Of a stretch of 64,000 bases of DNA, positions 62,671 through 64,000 are shown piece by piece. The number at the start of each line of letters is the position of its first letter. The first letter of the stretch is position 1. The translations under genes were made by a program, and so were the position numbers. The stretch is taken from positions 434,001 through 498,000 of the forward strand of contig CM074816.1 of NCBI GenBank assembly GCA_037447605.1. Reading direction: 5' to 3'. The notes beneath the pieces were generated by a model. That model was not told the DNA's origin, made no database searches, and saw only the letters and a list, made by a program, of their open reading frames with translations. This DNA is from Zygnema circumcarinatum SAG 698-1b (taxonomy: Eukaryota; Plantae; Zygnematophyceae).

Positions 62671-64000
62671 GTTTAGGATTTTTGGATATACGGTCCGTAC
62701 GGTTCGGTATCCGATCCGTACCCCGGTACCCCTTTCCCCCGGTTCGGTACCCCTTCCCGAAGCATAGTCCCGAAATTCGCGACTCTGTCTGTTTGGAGGG
62801 CTGTGCTGTGCGCGGGTCGGTGAGAGAATGCGGGTCGTGGTCTGCTCAAACCATGTCTTGCCTCACTAAGACAGTCATGTTGCGATGGAACTTGGGTGCA
62901 TGGCGCGACCAGTACCATGTGTGGAGCATGGCCACCACCACACGCTCGCTCGACCGCGATTTTGCGAAATAGAGGCCGAAAACAAAACTGGTTCCAGCAG
63001 AGTGGCCTCAGTGCTGAGATGGCGAGTGACACATGGCATATAAGGATGTGGCATTGGTCTCATAGAAGCACCCCCAATGGAGAGTGGCTGAGTGATACAC
63101 ATTCTACAACAGATTTTGCAAGCAGTGGCAAAGGCATCGCCTACTGTAGCCTCTGGCTGCTCGAACGATAGATTAGGATAAAAACTAGGCCAGACTATAC
63201 TATAAGTGAAAAATTAGTACTGAGGATGCTCAGCTCCTTTTGGGGGTTTAGGGATGCAAATCCCTGTCGAAAATGAATTCCCAAATTTCCAAGTAATTCC
63301 CAGTTCAAGTTTTAGACAAGTCATCGATTTGAACAACCGGTCAGTGCACTTCAGTGCACACGTGAACAGTGCTAATTGGTCTCAACCGTGCATTGCTCAT
63401 TTCCATCCCTTGGACGAGAACAATACATAAACGCAACAGCTGCTGGAAATAGATGGGCACTTCACTTGCAACGGAATAACAAAACGGGGACAACTCTTTT
63501 TCCTGATATCTCACAACCCTTTTTGCTTCAAAAAATTCCCAAACGAATCTCGCCAAAATGTGCAGACGCACGGCTTTGATTGACTGACTGACCAACCTAA
63601 TGCTAACAACTGCCTTAGAAAAATCCGAAGCTCTTTCCTGCTCCGGAAGAGAATAAGCTATATTCTCCAATATTGACTTCACAATTCTCCCCCGCAAGCA
63701 CGCGGGGTCGAGCAGCTCCCATGTCCTCAAACTTCCCCGCATGGGGCCCTCTCTCCTGCCCCACATGGTGTTGCTCTCTATCACTCCCTCCCTCCTCCCC
63801 TCCTGTGCCGCCCGAGGCAGGGGTGCCCATACCCACTTGGGGCACAGGCACAGGCGCAGGCCCCCCAAAATGGAAAAGTGAAAAACTGACAGGATCAGGA
63901 GTAGTGGGCTTGTTCCTTTCTGAAGGTGCCTCCACTGGCAGAGACTGCACAGAGAGGGCTGCTCTGGATAGACCCACAGCCATGGCTCCCCCATCCGACC

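Overview
Gene-dense, intron-containing eukaryotic DNA with plant-type genes. Short GT-AG introns, long (GA)n/(CT)n tracts, telo-boxes and divergent but land-plant-like proteins suggest a streptophyte alga, possibly a zygnematophyte (inference only). From left to right: (1) a near-perfect tandem duplication (period about 5,365 bp) carrying an intact 5-exon, 378-aa gene I cannot assign, built from four kinds of paired internal repeats, plus a divergently oriented decayed gene; the second copy breaks off at 8341; (2) the last two exons of a JMJD5/JMJ30-type JmjC gene; (3) a small secreted Cys-rich protein; (4) RPS15; (5) an ATX3/4/5-type trithorax H3K4 methyltransferase; (6) phospholipid:sterol acyltransferase PSAT1, followed directly by three intronless MBOAT wax-synthase/ASAT-family genes, a candidate sterol/wax-ester cluster with mosaic paralogues and a GTAC-rich MITE-like promoter insert; (7) an atypical group-A MAPKK; (8) mitochondrial GDC T-protein head-to-head with plastid EF-G; (9) a VIT1 transporter with altered metal-binding residues; (10) MITEs, including a hAT-like one. 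A fixed-spacing CCAAT-N9-CCACG (ERSE-like NF-Y/bZIP) module, often as an inverted pair, recurs in several promoters. Three 10-N assembly gaps lie in G/C-rich tracts. All gene models were spliced by eye and no database searches were run.
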